Source: an uncultured candidate division Zixibacteria bacterium (lineage in GTDB: Bacteria > Zixibacteria > MSB-5A5 > GN15 > PGXB01). Taken from it: a stretch of 64,000 nt of DNA. The translations under genes and the position numbers were made by a program. The notes below the pieces were generated by a model that worked only from the letters and a program-made list of their open reading frames with translations, was not told the origin of the DNA and ran no database searches. The stretch covers positions 3,904,001-3,968,000 of the forward strand of contig OY969724.1 of NCBI GenBank assembly GCA_963702205.1, given 5' to 3'. Below, one piece after another: positions 33,701 to 43,000 of the stretch (positions are counted from its first letter, which is position 1; each line of letters starts with the position of its first letter).

Positions 33701-34319
33701 CGATACTTTTGGTAACACATCTGAATTTGCTCCCAATTTCAACCTGGTGCCGACACCGCTTATAATTGTCGGATACTCTCCTATCAACCTTCAGGTTATT
33801 GATCCTATTGGAGACAGCATCGGTAAGCTTTCGGATAATACATATTTCAATACTATAAAAACTAATGCAACGTATGACGATATAGTCCACGATTCAATCA
33901 CTATTCAATATCCGCTCGAAGGCGAGTATATAATCATCGTTCGCCCCCAGGGCGATCCGCCGCCGGGATCTTTATACGGTATCGGTATCAGAATAGACGG
34001 CTCTCTGCAGGCAATAATAGTTGAAAATGCCGATGTCCCGGCCTCGGGCACGGCCGACACTCTCGGTTATGAAGTAATTGAGGGTTATCATTTTGAAAAC
34101 GGCGATGCCTCGCGTGATAATACCGTCAACTTAATTGATATATTATACCTGATTGACTACTTGTATGGCACCCCGCCAGGTCCGGCGCCATACCCCCTTA
34201 CGGCTGGTGATGCCAATTGTGATGAAGTCATTAATCTAATTGATATATTATACCTGATTTCAAATCTGTACGATGATCCGCCTGGCCCGGAACCTTGTCA
34301 CTGGGAGAGATACGAATAA
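30765..34319 (+). CDS. Secreted protein with 46-aa WDG beta-propeller repeats + beta-helix + dockerin-like tail
   Basis: GGAGG RBS, signal peptide, repeated IAAWDGSxWSxLGxG..V.AL.VY..LIAGG.F; C-terminal region homologous to the 11565 and 17871 genes. Confidence 0.85.
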   Translation: MRGIVNVCLAAVILLCASIVWGQSDLENQKGKDIGEFMTADNRINLEAVKSSGYQGSLNLEGFAVTMDPTTGELIVNPSESMSPDSDPDDVNWEAGFCPPGCNSIVRALVVYDNNLIIGGNFSSAGGTEANYIAAWDGSAWSALSSGMNSVVLALTVYNGNLIAGGQFTTAGGVSANLIAAWDGSAWSALSSGMNSVVLALTVYNGNLIAGGKFTTAGGVSANNIAAWNGISWSPLGLGTYDDVYALTVYDGSLIAGGKFGAAGGVLAEYIASWDGSSWSPLGSGVYHNANPSVWALTVYNGKLIAGGNFTKAGGVTADHIASWDGASWSPLGSGISSEVWTMTAFDGELIAGGNFTTAGGTGANYIASWNGSSWAPMESGMNDNVYALTVHDEKLIAGGFFTIADDILTNHIAVWNGSAWSALGQGLDNTIWAIAVFDDYLIAGGDLMSAAGVSANYISAWDGTAWSALGEGMNGTVHALTVYNNQLIAGGDFTSAGGIGASYIAAWDGLFWSSLGSGVNNGVSTLTVYDNRLIAGGAFNTAGGLGANYIAAWDGSVWSTLESGMNGYVYALIAYDDKLIAGGNFTSAGGTSSNFIAIWDGFLWSALGAGLNNNVITLTIYDNKLYTGGEFTMAGGISADHVASWDGATWSPVGSGVDNVVRSLMVYENKLIAGGYFAAAGITTAYYIAAWDGGQWSPLGSGLDNFVFALTEYDGKLFAGGDFTIAGEKSSAYIAAWNKLTPYNEVTNLADVGTGTLHAALLGSNSNIGPDTISFAISGTINLSTPLPAIDDDSIVILGNNAPGGPHSVILDGAGLGKSTNPGIHIQSSNNVIEGLTVRNFPGNGIEIAGSVQHNTISGNLIYNNGLLGIDLNDDGVTTNDPGDSDTGPNGLLNYPQIDSLFMNPDSSFRVFGKAADSALIEFFVAHPEGDTIKPADPSGYGEAYSYIGSDTADNNGDFEYQISNAIPYFSLITATATDTFGNTSEFAPNFNLVPTPLIIVGYSPINLQVIDPIGDSIGKLSDNTYFNTIKTNATYDDIVHDSITIQYPLEGEYIIIVRPQGDPPPGSLYGIGIRIDGSLQAIIVENADVPASGTADTLGYEVIEGYHFENGDASRDNTVNLIDILYLIDYLYGTPPGPAPYPLTAGDANCDEVINLIDILYLISNLYDDPPGPEPCHWERYE
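31160..31433 (+). repeat. Near-identical 138-bp intragenic tandem duplication
   Basis: 31160-31295 matches 31298-31433 with two substitutions seen. Confidence 0.85.
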
Positions 34320-34349
34320 ATTAAAACGAATGCCGCCATTTCCAAAATA

Positions 34350-34463
34350 AACTCCGAATGAAACAAATGGGATACTTACAAATATCGCGTATCCCATTGT
34401 ATTACAATATGTTACAAGCTTGCTCCCCCAATTGGATGAATTTTGCAACTTTTTGTTTCATGA
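34350..34463 (+). repeat. Composite site 5: hairpin, palindrome (34388-34416), GCTCCCC core, right arm type A
   Basis: CGTATCCCATT GTATTAC AATATGTTACA AGCTT GCTCCCCCAATTGGATGAATTTTGCAACTTTTTGTTTCATGA. Confidence 0.8.
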
Positions 34464-34573
34464 TAACGTCTATGTGTAGTCTATCAGCTCTGAATTTTTC
34501 GCAGCCAAATGAAATAACTCGCTTATTCTATGCGACCCGTGTCCGGCCTGCCTTTGCTCCCCTATTTAACCAT

Positions 34574-34612
34574 TTGCCAAACCTCTCGAAAACGCTATAT
34601 TTATATGGGTTT
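34574..34612 (+). promoter_or_regulatory. Putative sigma70 promoter
   Basis: TTGCCA-16-TATATT followed by TGGGTTT. Confidence 0.55.
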
Positions 34613-34665
34613 TGAGCGCAGCCCGATTCTTACTACTAAAAACGCTCGTTTCTGAGGAGGACTTA

Positions 34666-37600
34666 ATGAGGTTTCATTTGAAGGTTAGAAAATTTTTCGG
34701 AATCATGGCGATTAGTCTATTTTTCATCTTTTCATCAGCATTCGCCATTTCTGAAAACTCTGGACAGAGTATCCAAGCGATGAGTAATATTTCATCCATG
34801 CCGCTGGCCTTCACTCAAAACAATGGTCAGTGGCCGGATAGCATTCTTTTCAGGGCCAATGCCGGTGGGGCAACTATGTGGTTCACCAAAGCAGGTTCTG
34901 CCTACCAGTTCACACGGAGTATTCCAAAAGATGATGCAGGGCTGGATGATCCCATGTATCCCATGAATCATCTCCGTGACCAGAAGTCCGATAGCATTGA
35001 ATCAATTGCAATAAATGCTTTTTTTATTGGCGCCAATCCCAATCCGCAAATGGTCGGCTCTGAGATGATGGAATACAAATGTAATTATTTTATTGGCAAT
35101 GATCCCAATAACTGGCATACCGATGTTCCCAATTATAATGCCATCATTTATGAAGAAATCTATTCCGGCATTGATTTGAAATACTATGGCAACGGCAAAC
35201 AGATGGAATATGATTTCATAGTCTCCCCTGGTGCCGATCCCGCGCAGATTGCCATACATTATGAGGGCGCCGAATCCCTCTCTGTTAATGTCAATGGTGA
35301 GTTAGTGGTTGAGACTGCATGGGGTGAGGTTGTCGAACAGCGACCTATTGTTTATCAGCTACAGAATGGTGTAAGAGAATCAATTGACGGTGAATATGTA
35401 CTTACCGACAGGAACTCCTTCGGTTTTTCCCTTGGGGGCAACTACGATCCAGCCCTGCCACTGGTGATTGACCCGGTACTGACTTACAGCACCTATCTGG
35501 GGGGAAGCGGTTATGATATGGCCTTTGACGTTGCAGCGGATGCGCAAGGAAATGCTCATATTGTTGGCCTTACTCTTTCGTCGGATTTCCCCTATCAAAA
35601 TCCACTTCAAGGTTCATATGGAGGAAGTGGAGACGTCTTTATCACGAAATTGAATTATGAAGGAAATGCATTAATTTATAGTACGTTCCTTGGCGGGAAT
35701 AGTGCGGATACCGGTATAAGCATTGCAGTGGATGCAGGAGCAAATGTCTATGTTGCAGGACGTACCGCATCTTCTGATTTTCCTACTGAGAATCCATTAC
35801 AGAGCATGCTGTCAGGATCTGAGGATTCATTTGTTGCAAAGTTAAATTCTATGGGAAACACTCTTGTTTACTGCACATATTTGGGCGGTAGTGGCAATGA
35901 TAAGGCGAATGGGATAGCCGTGGATGAAGGACTAAATGCCTGCATTACTGGCTATACTAATTCGATAAATTTCCCTACGGCAAATCCCATACAGGAAACC
36001 TATGGAGGTGGAGACAATGACGTTTTTATAGTCAAACTTGATGAAATAGGTACATCATTAATATATAGCACATATCTTGGTGGAAATAATAATGATCGAG
36101 GAAGAGCGATTGCGGTCGATGATGAAGGCAATGCCTATATAACCGGAAACACATACTCATCCAACTTTCCTACTCAGAGTGCATTTCAGGCGATATTTGG
36201 TGGTTCCTGGGACGCTATTTTGGCCAAAATCGATAATTTGGGAAATTCTTTAATTTACAGCACCTATATTGGAGGAAGCAATGGTGATATGGGATTGGAT
36301 ATTGCCGTTGATGATGAGAACCAAGCATCCATCACGGGCTATACTAAGGCCTATAATTTCCCTACGGAGAACCCGTTTCAGGCAACATATGGTGGGGGAG
36401 AATATGATGCTTTTATAACCAAGTTCTCAGCCACGGGCAATACGATGATCTACAGTACGTTTCTGGGCGGCTCAAGTGACGACATTGGCAATCGCATAGC
36501 TGTTGACGGTTCTGGTTGCGCCCATGTGACTGGATATACTGGCTCTTCAGAATTTCCAACTCAGAACGCCTATGATGCCAGCTTAGACGGCAACAACGAT
36601 GTTTTCGTGACTAAATTCTCGGCCTCTGGCAATACCCTGATCTATAGCACGTTTCTGGGCGGCTCAAGTGACGACATTGGCTATGGCATAGCTGTTGACG
36701 GTTCTGGTTGCGCCTATGTAACGGGAAATACTTATTCCTCAGATTTTCCCACTCAGAACGCCTATGATGCCAGCTTAGATGGTAGCTGGGATGTTTTCGT
36801 GACTAAGCTAAATGCGGAGGGAATGCCCCCAAGCTTTTGTGATGGCTTTGATGGCCTGTTTTGTGATGATTTTGAAGATGGCATAATCACAGACTGGCAA
36901 TCTCTACGAAATGACGGATGTAGTTGGGCAGAATCTAATGGCATATTATCTACCTCAATATCAGGGATGGAGCAATGGTGCATCCAAACGGTAGGTGACC
37001 ATAGCTGGGCTAATTATTCTCTTGAAGCTAAGGTCATAGGAAATGTCGGGATTAATGAAGGCGTTGACAAAGTTCTCGTTTTCAGAATACAAGACGCAGA
37101 CAACTTCTATACCGTAAACTTAAGATCAGATTACCCATCATCTGGCGATGATTTCATAACATTTGACAAAATGGTTGGCGGTGTATATCAGGCTGACGTA
37201 GTAACTGAATCATATCCATCTGAGATAGGAGTATGGTATACTCTGAGAGTCAATTGTATTGGCAATTATTTTCAGGTATATGTCGATGACAACCTTGCTC
37301 TGGAGTATGTTGATCCGGATAACCTCTATCCTACAGGCGGAATCGGCGTTGCCTGCTGGACTGGCTATCACGGCTTTTGTGATATATCATTTGATAATGT
37401 GACTGTTTTAGAATTGGGCAGTCCTCATATTGATGTAAATCCGGCCTCACTTGAATTCATGGCAATACAGAATGGTGCAATACCAAATGAACAGACAGTC
37501 ACAATTGGCAATACTGGCTCTGAGACACTTGCGTGGAGTGTCGAATCTGACCAATTTTGGCTTGACATAACTCCATCTTCCGGAATCGGGAACTCCGCTG

Positions 37601-39759
37601 AAGTAACTGTATCGCCAAACACAACAAACTTAGCACCGGATAATTATAATGCGACAATTACTGTTTCAGGCAATGCAGATAACACTCCGCAGACAATTTC
37701 CGTCTCTTATCAAATTGATCCTGATGATCTGCCTGACAAACTTGCACAGTATGATTTTATAAAAAACAGATTAGCAAACCTTGAAATAGATATCTTTGCA
37801 GGATGGGAGATTCCCACTCTAAATAATTATGAGATGGATGATGCGAATACTTTTGTTGACAATGTCATACGGCCGGGTTCACCTACTGATATTCAGAGAG
37901 AAACTTTTGAACGTTTACTTATGGCAGTAAAACTCGTCAATGCGGGATATCGTTACTTACCATCCGGATCAAATCCTTTACCAGAATCGGAATATGTAAG
38001 AGGCGGTGAAGAAATGTGGGACCTTGGTTCCAAAAACACGATTTCAGCGGTCTTCGCAGGTATTAGTTTAGTAACTTTATTTGATAATATTGGGGGAAAT
38101 TTGGTCAGAAAGTTGGCCAGCAAGGTCGTAAATTATTTCCTCGATTTAATTTCCCAAATAAAAATGATGATTCACGACAAAGACGCCCGAAGAACATTTG
38201 ACATGTTAATTACAGCAATAAAAGGTGCAATATCCGCCCTTCTTTCTGATGGCAATCCCATTTATGTCATTACCCAACCGCCGATTCGCGTTGCTCTTGA
38301 TGAAGTGACAATTAGCGCTTTTCACGTACCCGGTACACAGGATGCACTTGATGATGCAGGCAATTGGTCGACTATATACAATTACCAGAATAGTTTGGAA
38401 GATGCAGAAGACAATTTTAATACCCGGTGGTCCAATGTAAAAGATATGACTGATCAATCAGCAGATCTAATATCTGAATATGAAAGTCATGTTAATCTTA
38501 ATGGCCTGATTGAATCTCTTCAGGAATTATGGGATGCAATTGCAGGTGGTCCTTGGGAAGTCCTCAAGATAGCATGGGTTGTTGTAAGAGAGTTACTGGG
38601 TTATGAGAATATTAAGTGGTCGGTCAAATCTGCAGGAGAGGCAATAGCCACAGCATCTTTAATTCCAAATGAGGTTGTTTGGGGGACATTTGATATATAT
38701 AATACTGGATCACTGAAAAATCTTACGGCGGCATCAGATAATAATATTTTATACTCCCCTGATACTTCAACTTCCAAATCCTATGCAAAATCCCAAACCC
38801 CCAATAAACTAACTGCCTTTATCGATGGCTGCACAACTCTTATATCTGCCGTGCAAAACGAGGACAGCCTTCAAGTTTTCGATGCATCGGAGGATCTATT
38901 GGGCGCAGCAGATAGCATTTCGGATTTATTTACGGCACAATCACAATCATTAGCGTCCAAGTCGGACAGCGCCTGGGTATACATGACTGAATTCGATACA
39001 ACATTGGCTCTCGCTGATTCCATGAATATATCTGGTCAGTTGAGACTTCTTGAAAGTTCCATAATCGCATCTGCCCTGCAATTAAATCCTTTTGATACCG
39101 CATTTAATGCTAATGCGATTTCGGTCCTTGATACTATCAAGATAAGCGTGGAACGCGCCTGGTTCGTTATGGATAGTATTTTACAGTTGCTCAATGGGGC
39201 TCCTGCTGAGCCTACATTAATTCTCATTCCGGACAGTGACCATTATTTTGTAACTATGGATTCGGAATTTACGGTCAATTATAAAGTAACCAACATAGGT
39301 GATGCCACGGCTTCGGGTGTTTTTGCAAAAGCTCTTTCCACTGAAGGAATATCCATTATTGGAGATGATTCAATTTCTATTGCTGATATTAATCCTGGAG
39401 ATTCTCTGTCGTTGAATTTTACGGTGTCCGTCGACCACATATCTGCTCCTTCATCAGAATATATGAGCTTTTACTTTGATGCGACCGCATATCCAGAAAA
39501 CGGGATAGGTATTCAAAACACAGTTTTGCTGAGCGCATTGACTTATATCTGCGGCGATGTTAACGCTGATGGAAATGTTAATTTGATCGATATTTTATAC
39601 TTGATCGATTATAAGTATGGCACCCCGCAAGGTAATCCACCGATACCTATGAATTCTGGAGACATTAATGCCGATGGGGCCATAAACTTGATTGATATAC
39701 TTTATTTGATAGACTACTTGTATGGAACGCCTGCCGGCCCCGATCCAGAATGCCCATAA
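34666..39759 (+). CDS. Secreted SBBP-repeat protein with beta-sandwich, BACON/Ig-like, helical, CARDB-like and dockerin-like domains
   Basis: GAGGAGG RBS; FTQNNGQW; YSTYLGG repeats; FCDDFEDG; LAWSVESDQFWL; CGDVNADGNVNLIDI tail. Confidence 0.8.
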   Translation: MRFHLKVRKFFGIMAISLFFIFSSAFAISENSGQSIQAMSNISSMPLAFTQNNGQWPDSILFRANAGGATMWFTKAGSAYQFTRSIPKDDAGLDDPMYPMNHLRDQKSDSIESIAINAFFIGANPNPQMVGSEMMEYKCNYFIGNDPNNWHTDVPNYNAIIYEEIYSGIDLKYYGNGKQMEYDFIVSPGADPAQIAIHYEGAESLSVNVNGELVVETAWGEVVEQRPIVYQLQNGVRESIDGEYVLTDRNSFGFSLGGNYDPALPLVIDPVLTYSTYLGGSGYDMAFDVAADAQGNAHIVGLTLSSDFPYQNPLQGSYGGSGDVFITKLNYEGNALIYSTFLGGNSADTGISIAVDAGANVYVAGRTASSDFPTENPLQSMLSGSEDSFVAKLNSMGNTLVYCTYLGGSGNDKANGIAVDEGLNACITGYTNSINFPTANPIQETYGGGDNDVFIVKLDEIGTSLIYSTYLGGNNNDRGRAIAVDDEGNAYITGNTYSSNFPTQSAFQAIFGGSWDAILAKIDNLGNSLIYSTYIGGSNGDMGLDIAVDDENQASITGYTKAYNFPTENPFQATYGGGEYDAFITKFSATGNTMIYSTFLGGSSDDIGNRIAVDGSGCAHVTGYTGSSEFPTQNAYDASLDGNNDVFVTKFSASGNTLIYSTFLGGSSDDIGYGIAVDGSGCAYVTGNTYSSDFPTQNAYDASLDGSWDVFVTKLNAEGMPPSFCDGFDGLFCDDFEDGIITDWQSLRNDGCSWAESNGILSTSISGMEQWCIQTVGDHSWANYSLEAKVIGNVGINEGVDKVLVFRIQDADNFYTVNLRSDYPSSGDDFITFDKMVGGVYQADVVTESYPSEIGVWYTLRVNCIGNYFQVYVDDNLALEYVDPDNLYPTGGIGVACWTGYHGFCDISFDNVTVLELGSPHIDVNPASLEFMAIQNGAIPNEQTVTIGNTGSETLAWSVESDQFWLDITPSSGIGNSAEVTVSPNTTNLAPDNYNATITVSGNADNTPQTISVSYQIDPDDLPDKLAQYDFIKNRLANLEIDIFAGWEIPTLNNYEMDDANTFVDNVIRPGSPTDIQRETFERLLMAVKLVNAGYRYLPSGSNPLPESEYVRGGEEMWDLGSKNTISAVFAGISLVTLFDNIGGNLVRKLASKVVNYFLDLISQIKMMIHDKDARRTFDMLITAIKGAISALLSDGNPIYVITQPPIRVALDEVTISAFHVPGTQDALDDAGNWSTIYNYQNSLEDAEDNFNTRWSNVKDMTDQSADLISEYESHVNLNGLIESLQELWDAIAGGPWEVLKIAWVVVRELLGYENIKWSVKSAGEAIATASLIPNEVVWGTFDIYNTGSLKNLTAASDNNILYSPDTSTSKSYAKSQTPNKLTAFIDGCTTLISAVQNEDSLQVFDASEDLLGAADSISDLFTAQSQSLASKSDSAWVYMTEFDTTLALADSMNISGQLRLLESSIIASALQLNPFDTAFNANAISVLDTIKISVERAWFVMDSILQLLNGAPAEPTLILIPDSDHYFVTMDSEFTVNYKVTNIGDATASGVFAKALSTEGISIIGDDSISIADINPGDSLSLNFTVSVDHISAPSSEYMSFYFDATAYPENGIGIQNTVLLSALTYICGDVNADGNVNLIDILYLIDYKYGTPQGNPPIPMNSGDINADGAINLIDILYLIDYLYGTPAGPDPECP

Positions 39760-39761
39760 TG

Positions 39762-39866
39762 AACCCCCAATTGTACGAATAGGATGCGTGGCGATTCACG
39801 TATCCTATTGTACATCAATGCGTTATAAGCTTTGCTCCCCCGGCAGGACTCTATTAGAACGTTTAG
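39762..39866 (+). repeat. Composite site 6: hairpin, palindrome (39799-39827), tRNA-like core
   Basis: CGTATCCTATT GTACATC AATGCGTTATA AGCTTT GCTCCCCCGGCAGGACTCTATTAGAACGTTT. Confidence 0.8.
39834..39851 (-). other. tRNA 3'-end fragment (Asn-like), putative att scar; not a full tRNA
   Basis: Reverse complement GAGT CCTGC CGGGGGA G C = T-loop end, 5-nt T-stem strand, 7-nt acceptor strand, discriminator G; 5' half absent. Confidence 0.6.
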
Positions 39867-40002
39867 GCGGCTTTTGGATTATTTAAAAATGGCAATATAG
39901 CCCGAAATATGCTCGTCGGTATATTTTTATGGGCTTAATATTGTAGTATTATATACATGTGCAGGCATATTCCTATCAAATACAGTTGCCCCAAATAACC
40001 AC

Positions 40003-40046
40003 TTGCCATTCTTAAACTGTTTTTTATATTTATAATGTTTGGGTTT
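40003..40046 (+). promoter_or_regulatory. Putative sigma70 promoter
   Basis: TTGCCA-16-TATATT followed by TGGGTTT. Confidence 0.5.
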
Positions 40047-40096
40047 CGAGCACAACCCTTTTAAAGCCAATATTACTGCTTATTCTGGAGGGTGTT

Positions 40097-43000
40097 ATGT
40101 GTTCTATTATCAAAGCTGCAAAAAATATAATCAAATTATTTAGTCTGTTCCTAATTACTTGCGCGTTCGCGAATGCGGATACTACGTATGTTTCAACATT
40201 GTCCGGGTCAAATCATTGGACCATTTCCGGAAGTCCCTATGTCGTTACTCAAGATATTAAAGCTGTTTATGGCGGATTATACATCGATCCCGGAGTAGAA
40301 GTGCTATTTTATTCGGGTGCTGGACTCAAAATTGCAGATGACTATGCGACCGACCCCCGACCCGGCTGGCTGAATGCTGTTGGGACGCCTGACAGCGTGA
40401 TTCGATTTGCACCGTTAAGTGGCATTTCTGGCGATTGGGACGGTATAACATTTGAAAAAGGTAGCGGCTATTCAACCTATACCTCGACCCTGGAGCACTG
40501 TATAATTGAGAAAGGACATCTGAATATCTATTGCCGTAATACCGCCCAACCGACTTTGCACAATTGCATTATTCGTGGGGCCGATCATAGTGGCATTTAC
40601 CTTTCTAACTCAAATATAGTTGAGGTCAGCAATTGCCAGATTGACTCAAACGCTTTATATGGTGTGTATTTTACACCCGGATTGTTTCCCAATCTAATGG
40701 GTAATACATATTCTGATAACGGGATGGGCATAGCCATGTCCGGCGGAGATTTTAGCGCCAGTGGAACATTAAAAAACGATAATAATGAACCATATAATGT
40801 CCTTGGTGATATTAGGCTAATTTTCCGGGGCTTGGCTTTGGAACCCGGTATTACCATGCTGTTTGATACCAGTGCTGGATTACAGGTTGGGGGTGATTAT
40901 ATAAACGACCCCCGACCCGGCTGGCTGAATGCTGTTGGGACGCCTGACAGCGTGATTCGATTTGCACCGTTAAGTGGCATTTCTGGCGATTGGGACGGTA
41001 TAACATTTGAAAAAGGTAGCGGCTATTCAACCTATACCTCGACCCTGGAGCACTGTATAATTGAGAAAGGACATCTGAATATCTATTGCCGTAATACCGC
41101 CCAACCGACTTTGCACAATTGCATTATTCGTGGGGCCGATCATAGTGGCATTTACCTTTCTAACTCAAATATAGTTGAGGTCAGCAATTGCCAGATTGAC
41201 TCAAACGCTTTATATGGTGTGTATTTTACACCCGGATTGTTTCCCAATCTAATGGGTAATACATATTCTGATAACGGGATGGGCATAGCCATGTCCGGCG
41301 GAGATTTTAGCGCCAGTGGAACATTAAAAAACGATAATAATGAACCATATAATGTCCTTGGTGATATTAGGCTAATTTTCCGGGGCTTGGCTTTGGAACC
41401 CGGTATTACCATGCTGTTTGATACCAGTGCTGGATTACAGGTTGGGGGTGATTATATAAACGACCCCCGACCCGGCTGGCTGAATGCTGTTGGGACGCCT
41501 GACAGCGTGATTCGATTTGCACCGTTAAGTGGCATTTCTGGCGATTGGGACGGTATAACATTTGAAAAAGGTAGCGGCTATTCAACCTATACCTCGACCC
41601 TGGAGCACTGTATAATTGAGAAAGGACATCTGAATATCTATTGCCGTAATACCGCCCAACCGACTTTGCACAATTGCATTATTCGTGGGGCCGATCATAG
41701 TGGCATTTACCTTTCTAACTCAAATATAGTTGAAGTCAGCAATTGCCAGATTGATTCTAATGCTGCATATGGAGTTTATATTTATGGGACGTCGCAACCT
41801 CATATCGGCGATTCCGTAGATTTTACCTGCTTTATTCAAAATAATCCGAACTACAACTTATATAATAACACGGCCAATTCAATATATGTCAGACATAATT
41901 ACTGGGGAACTTCGGACCCTGACACAATTGCGGCATATATCTATGATTATTTTGACGAGGATACAAAAGGCAGGGTATATTATGAACCTTTTATATTCGA
42001 CCATAATGTTGGTATCATTTCAATATTGGAGCCGACCGGTATTGGCTCACTGGTTTCGGTTTATGTTCCAACCGTCATTTTAAAAAATAAAGGTGCAAAT
42101 CAGGAAAGCGGAAGCGCGGTTTTTGAAATAGGAGATGTTTATTCGGAAATTGTCGGTTTTAATCTGGAAATTGGCCAGGAAGATACTATAAGCTTTCCAG
42201 AATGGATTCCAAGTGAATTGGCGGCTTATTTTGTCACCTGCTCTATTAATCTTCCCGATGACCTGGATGAATCTGATAATACATTTAATGATAAAATCTC
42301 TTTAAGTTCTGGATCAGGATTGGAAATTCATACAATATTTCCAGATTTCGGTCGCACCGGTCAATTTGTGACAGTTTCGATTACAGGAAACGGATTTGAA
42401 AGCAGCGGCATGGGAGCACGACTTAAGCTGCCAGGTGAACCCGATATAATCGCTGACGTATCTGACATAAATTTCATTAACGAAAATACAATTGAAATAG
42501 GTTTTGACCTGACCGATGCCATTTTGGATAGATGGGACATTGAAATATCAAACTCTCTAAATGAAACCTATCGATTTTACAAAGGGCTCAATGTGATCTT
42601 CTATGAAGGGGAAGTCTTGCCCCTCTGCGAATGGCATGAATTCAATGTTCATGATGGCTCAACAATTGATGCCGGTGGCGTTCTTATATCAAAATCGGAA
42701 GAAATATTCATGCTGTTAAAAAAGGGTAACAGATCAGGATACTCGGGAACATGGTCAGGGACTGTCAGGCTTCTTGATTATGAAGGAAATCAAATTGCCT
42801 ATAGTACGGGCGGGGCTGATGTCGCATTCCATTGTAAAGACTTATCTGCGGGTTTGTATACACTGGAAATAGAAGCCTATGACCCGGGCGAAGGTATAAT
42901 TGACTTTTGTTCAGAGATACAGGATTCGATGACCATTGGCCAGTGGTATATTGGAGAGATATTAAGGCCCTATGGAAACGATTGGGTGCAATTCGATTTG

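Noticed and set aside
34388..34416. Palindrome as a canonical XerCD dif site
   Set aside because: Spacer is 7 rather than 6 bp and only ATGTTA resembles the XerD arm.
39834..39910. Full tRNA gene
   Set aside because: Sequence departs from tRNA structure within the T-loop; no anticodon or D arm.
40351..41754. Diversity-generating retroelement template/variable repeat pair
   Set aside because: Copies are identical rather than adenine-mutated, and no reverse transcriptase is present.
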